NCBI GenBank assembly: GCA_011109175.1
Contig: RDEW01000004.1
Location: forward strand, 1,344,447-1,383,461
Direction: 5' to 3'
Length of the DNA stretch: 39,015 nucleotides
Source: Dicyema japonicum
Lineage: Eukaryota > Animalia > Dicyemida
Position numbers and translations under genes: made by a program. The notes under the pieces are model-generated. The model was not told the origin of the DNA and ran no database searches. It saw only the letters and a list, made by a program, of their open reading frames with translations. Positions 34,421 to 39,015 of the stretch are shown in pieces; within the stretch, counting starts at the first letter, position 1; every line of letters starts with the position of its first letter.

Positions 34421-35168
34421 ATTTATTGTTTGCCAAGTTAGTTTCCTTTTATGAAGTTCCACCAACATTTTCCATATTTATGACGAATCTCCTTCTTAAT
34501 TACCATACAATAATTTTCTCTCTTCTTGTCAAATATGCAAAATTTTTCCACTATAAAAACAATCTAGATAAGCTCTTTTCTTTTACCTCTATCTATTCCG
34601 AAATTTATGAATGATGGTACCATCATCGCTGTGGGACTCTGTTAATAACGCACAAGGAGATATTTTACATATCTGGTTGTAACTGTAGGCGTTATCTTCA
34701 CTTTTTTCAGAGTCCAGTGCATGTAGTCTTATGTCTCGCATTATGATCCATCCCGAATTACAAATAAAGTAACCAAACACATTACAGCGACTTTACAGGT
34801 GTTTGTAAACACCCTCGCAATTAAATGCTCATACATTAAAATGAATTATCTGTCCTCCCACAATTAATTTGAAATACTACCAATATGTCATTAATCCCCA
34901 TACTGTGGATCCTCCCATCAAAACATACATGTATAGCAAAGCCATGTGGTGGCATTCGGAGTTTAGCATAAGACTAAACTCGACGTAATTCACTTCAACT
35001 ATCAGACATTATAGATGCGGCACTTCCAGTCAGGACCACTATGGATATCAACTGGATAAGCAATCGCGTTTCGCGGCCATCGTGGCTTCTGAGCTAATCA
35101 ATAGCTCGGAATTTAACGAATTGGCTAATTAAAAAATTCCCAAAAATTTGTCAAACCAAAGTCTCAGC

Positions 35169-35338
35169 GAATAAAATGTCATCATTATAATAAGAAGACC
35201 ATCGTATCGTCATCATCGACTTTTAATAAACAAATAGACTTAATAATTAAAAAGAATAAAATGTCATCATTATAATAAGAAGACCATCGTATCGTCATCA
35301 TCGACTTTTAATAAACAAATAGACTTAATAATTAAAAA
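35169..35338. repeat. Tandem duplication, 85-bp unit
   Basis: Copies start at 35169 and 35254. Confidence 0.95.
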
Positions 35339-35479
35339 ACAATAAATATGACGTTTTTAGAACATACAAGAAGCCAAATAACACGTTTAATTAAACGTTT
35401 TATTGTATTTTTTAAATAATTTAACATTAATTAAAATTTTTTATTACTTATTTACTTTATTAATTAAAATTTTTATGCG

Positions 35480-35767
35480 CAAAATTCTATGAACAGAATA
35501 AAAGCCCCACTACGTCGATTTATCGGAGCTAGCCAAAGTGGGTTTGTCTCTGGAAGATCAACTTCCGATGCCGTTTGGAGCCACAAATGGATGTGTGCTT
35601 CATGGCAAAAATATAAAGAGAAGTACCACATAATGGGAATCGATTTATCTAAGGCATTTGACTCAATCAGCAGAGTCAAGATGATACAAATATTAACACC
35701 ACTACTCGAGGAAGATTTCATCAGAATAATTCGTTATCTACTCTCCTCCACTCAACTATTTATCTAG
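35480..35767 (+). mobile_element. RTE-like RT fragment
   Basis: SQSGFVSGRSTSDAVWSHKW..HIMGIDLSKAFDSISR. Confidence 0.85.
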
Positions 35768-35794
35768 CTCGGAAATCAGAAATCCAGAGTATTC

Positions 35795-37105
35795 GGAACA
35801 AATAAGGGTCTTCCGCGGAATCCGGCTCCTGTGTGTGCTAAGTAATTGTCCATTGCGACATTTGCGGGGACCTGGTAAGAATATATCAACTCTCTATGGA
35901 ATAAATTTGTTCCATGGCAAGAAAACTCAATCTTGATTTGAAAATATTATCTGACAGCACGCCGGATTTGAATTATTATAAAGGTTTGCATTAGAGATCT
36001 TCATAGGTCAGTTGATCTTGATTACTGACTTGAACTGAGCTCTGTGGAAGGAATCAAGATGGTCCATTTCTCCTATTAGAGATTCCCCAAGTCCCAGAGT
36101 TGTAGGTTAGTATCGGGTTGACAAAAGCTTTGTATATTCTCAGCCTGGTGTTTAGTCCTATCCTCTTCTTGTGGCTCCACATTTACGATATTTTTTCAGT
36201 GCAATCATAGCAAGGATCTTCCTACAAGTAACATCTTCAGAGTCTCCTAGAAGCGAGCCAACATTCTTTTGCTTTCTCCATGACTCGTCCGATCTCCGAT
36301 TATTAAACTCCGTTTTGTTGGATTTACGGATAAGAACTATTTCGAAAATATGTTTCTGTTGCCTTCTCCATGTCTCGTCCGATATCCGATTATTAAACTC
36401 CGTTTTTTGGGATTTACGGATAAGAACTATTTCGAAAATATATGTGAGAGTATGCTGAGCATGTGCTGAAGTGTTTGAGTATCCTCAGAGATAAAATCCA
36501 GATCGTCCGCATAAATTTTCTCGTCATAGTTGTTTCCAATCAGGGCCCTGAACTCTTTTAGACAGCTTCAAAGTAAACAACAAAGAGGACAGAAGATAAC
36601 GAGTTTCCCTGTGGAACTCCACGTAAAGTCGTAAAAAAGTTGGATGCACGTTTGTCACTTTCGACAGAAAGAGGAGGGTTCTGCATGAGCAGGCGTATTT
36701 TTAACGTCGTCAAGGTGGAGAAAACTCTTCAGAACTTCCATAATTGTTCCCTGTGTACCGAATTGAATGCATGGACATATCAATGCCAAGTATTTCAATA
36801 TTTTTTATACTTTTGTAATAAAGCACAATACCATCTGTGCCGCCACACTAAATTGGCTGTAGACCTGCCTGTCCTAAATCCACTTTGGCCGGGGGATAGG
36901 AATTTGTTGAGTTTGTTTTTTATCTGGTGTAATGCTATGAGACAGTGTTTTGCGTGTGAAAGTTGGTAGAATTATTGGTTTAAGGTTGCAAATGAGACCT
37001 TTAACTTTCCCGGGTTTTTTAGAGGTATTAGCCACCCTTTCCCAGTTCCAGCACATTGTCTTTCTAGCGAGACCGATTGAAAACATTGTTGATCATTTTA
37101 GCTAG
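35795..37105 (-). mobile_element. RTE-like non-LTR retrotransposon, RT to near C-terminus, frameshifted; 90-bp diverged tandem duplication at about 36269-36443
   Basis: KPGKVKG..NLKPIIL, SGFRTGRSTAN.VWRHRW, GVPQG, IYADDLDF, RLRIYKAFVNPILTYNSGTW, LDSFHR, GFRGRP. Confidence 0.9.
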
Positions 37106-37319
37106 CTCCTCCGGGGCATGTTTTAAAAGTTCTGTTGGGATATTATCTGGTCCTGCAGATCTTTTGGTGTTCAGTTTTTTTAATGCTTAAGAGTTTCCGA
37201 AATGCTTATTGGGTGCAATAAAGTGGATTTGTCAGGTTTCGATAGTTTATGTGGTTAATATTACTAATTATTATTATTAATAGCACTTTCGAAGAACCAA
37301 AAATGTAATTTATTTAATT

Positions 37320-37545
37320 AAGGTTCCGCTTGTGCCGTATTTTTCTTCAGGTTATTCTTTCTTCCACAATTCTATTAACTAACTTCCTCCATGCTCCGCG
37401 GTTACAGGCAGTTATTCTGAGCGTATCCAGATCATCTCCTGTTTTCAGCTTTCGTCCTACATTGGTCAGGTCCTTGTGTAGAACCTCTGGCAAAGTTATG
37501 CGAGGTCTTCCACGGAACGAGGTATTCACTTCTGGGCAGAAATAA
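37320..37545 (-). mobile_element. 3' end of RTE-like element
   Basis: FRGRPRITLPEVLHKDL..DLDTLRITACNRGAWRKLVNRIVEE*. Confidence 0.7.
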
Positions 37546-37619
37546 TATTACTAATATAGATTATTAATATTTTTTATTTAAAAAAATATTTAATTTATAC
37601 AGATGGTGAGCAAAAAATT

Positions 37620-37755
37620 AATGAAAGCTCTTGAGGAACACAGGAAAAACCTCTCGATCCTATTGAGGCGTACCGGGATCACTTAATTAGTTGGTTTACT
37701 CCTTCTTTCTTGGTGTTCTTTTTTCGGGGTTATTAAATAAAATAAATAAATAATA
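37620..37755 (+). mobile_element. 3' end of LINE (GGGATCACTTAATTAGTTGG family) with (TAAA)n tail
   Basis: TGIT* followed by about 50 nt of UTR and TTAAATAAAATAAATAAATAA. Confidence 0.55.
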
Positions 37756-37854
37756 ATGAAAGCTCTTGGCTGTATATGATGCTGATGGAGATTGGTGGTA
37801 TCTAGCAGTTGAATTTGAAATTCCAAGCGAAACTGCTCAGGAAAGCGAAGGCTT

Positions 37855-38030
37855 AATACGATAATGCTCCATGCTACTCCAAAATTGAGGTCGTATTGGA
37901 GGAACTAAAATTTGTGTCGCGTGTCATTTTGAAACTAGCACTGCATTGTCCAATGCTCAACCCAATCGAGAGTGTCTGGTCTTTTTTGAAAAGCGATATT
38001 AAAAGAAATTTGGCTGATCAAATAACTAAT
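37855..38030 (+). mobile_element. IS630/Tc1-mariner transposase C-terminal fragment
   Basis: DNAPCYSKIE..LKLALHCPMLNPIESVWSFLKSDIK. Confidence 0.7.
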
Positions 38031-38799
38031 GTGTCAACTGAAGAAAAGAATGGTGTTTGAATTGCTGAGTACAAAGAATACTTGAAGGGTTAGTTTACAA
38101 TGCAATGGATAAGGTTACTGAAACTCTTTGTAGTATGTTTGTTGCAGGAATTCAGAATCATGTGTCAAATGCATGGAATAAGAGTGATATGCAATTTTAG
38201 TATTAAATTATTATGGAAAAATTCAAATTTTGTGCAACTATTAAAAAAGTTGAAAAATTTTCATTTTAAATTACAGTTTCATTTTGAATAATACTATTCT
38301 CATTTTGAGTGAAACTGTTATTTTTTGAATTACTTTTTGAGACTTTTGAGACGATTTCGATTATTTATATAAATCTTTGTTTTTGCGATCAAATTAATTA
38401 GTAGAAGACTGGGCTATGCTTTGGATGGTTTTGTTCAGATATTTCACTTCACTTGCAAATGATTGAAACTTATTGTGTCAAATTCCACTACGTTTAGTCC
38501 ACGAAATATGCAAATTTAATCCCATCGCCATAATTGAACAATATGGCACATATCCTCTAGTTTAACTGGAAACAGAATTCCACATATCTGAAGCCAAAAT
38601 CCTTGTACAATTAAGGCTTTTAGCCAAATCAGTGGCGGTATTGATAGACTTTGTACTTGTCATAACAAGGGGGTCATCTCTAACGGTCGAGGCATGACGA
38701 AATTTGTCGTCTGCTATTCATCGCCTGGTCTTAAAGATTGTCAATGGGAATGTTCTAAGAAATGCTTGAGACATAATGTCTGCCGCATACCTACACGCG

Positions 38800-39015
38800 T
38801 TTGACTAGGCAGATATAGTATTCTTCCTATTGGTGTTGCAAATTATGGCGAACTTCTATTTTCAAAAATTGTAGAAAACTTGTAACTATTAAGCTCACCT
38901 CAGAGTTGTCACCCGTACAGATTGGAGTTATGATCAAAAATGGTTCCAAGACTGGTATCCTTTCAACAACTTGAGAAAAATATTATAACTGTCAAACTGA
39001 TATCTCTAATGTCTT
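38800..39015 (+). mobile_element. CRE-like RT N-terminal fragment, running off the window
   Basis: ILPIGVAN.., ELSPVQIGV..KNG, VKLDISN match IRPIAVG..L.P.Q.G...G.E..KLD..NAF. Confidence 0.6.

Noticed and set aside
34600-35100. Possible RT (FMNDGT) or piggyBac fragment
   Set aside because: Single short motif-like matches only; no consistent frame or order.
1-39015. Stop-codon reassignment
   Set aside because: Apparent stops in host genes all fall inside 20-28 nt introns. Spliced genes end in TAA, TAG and TGA, and other in-frame stops occur only in decayed TEs.

Overview
AT-rich eukaryotic genomic DNA, not prokaryotic. It holds five host genes in intergenic DNA that is mostly decayed transposons. 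Genes: PIKfyve/FAB1 (7782-12502, -), an EF-hand-like + WD40 protein of the WDR64/WDR49-like group (17619-21072, +), an MTMR6/7/8-type myotubularin (22760-24690, +), CDK8 (28293-29632, -) and a very divergent RPSA/uS2-like gene (32436-33115, +). The ORF track fragments them because they are cut by about 50 GT-AG introns of only 20-28 nt, which I spliced by hand. Many sit at positions I recall as shared with vertebrate orthologues. This suggests a reduced, ciliated metazoan; a dicyemid mesozoan is my best guess (inference). Repeats include CRE-like (RLE) non-LTR retrotransposons, an RTE-like family, I/Jockey-like LINEs, a tRNA-derived SINE (3 copies), a pogo/Tigger element, and IS630/Tc1, hAT and Merlin-like remnants. 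Thirteen head-to-tail duplications of 85-208 bp occur; one is split by a single N, so assembly artefact is the leading explanation. Best leads: the ultra-short intron system, a 24-nt GT...TG intron or exonised intron in the myotubularin gene, a uS2 copy lacking its conserved RFTPGTFTN loop, and a PIKfyve with a degenerate FYVE domain. I found no support for CRISPR, prokaryotic systems or a changed genetic code. All family assignments come from motif recognition by eye, with no database search.
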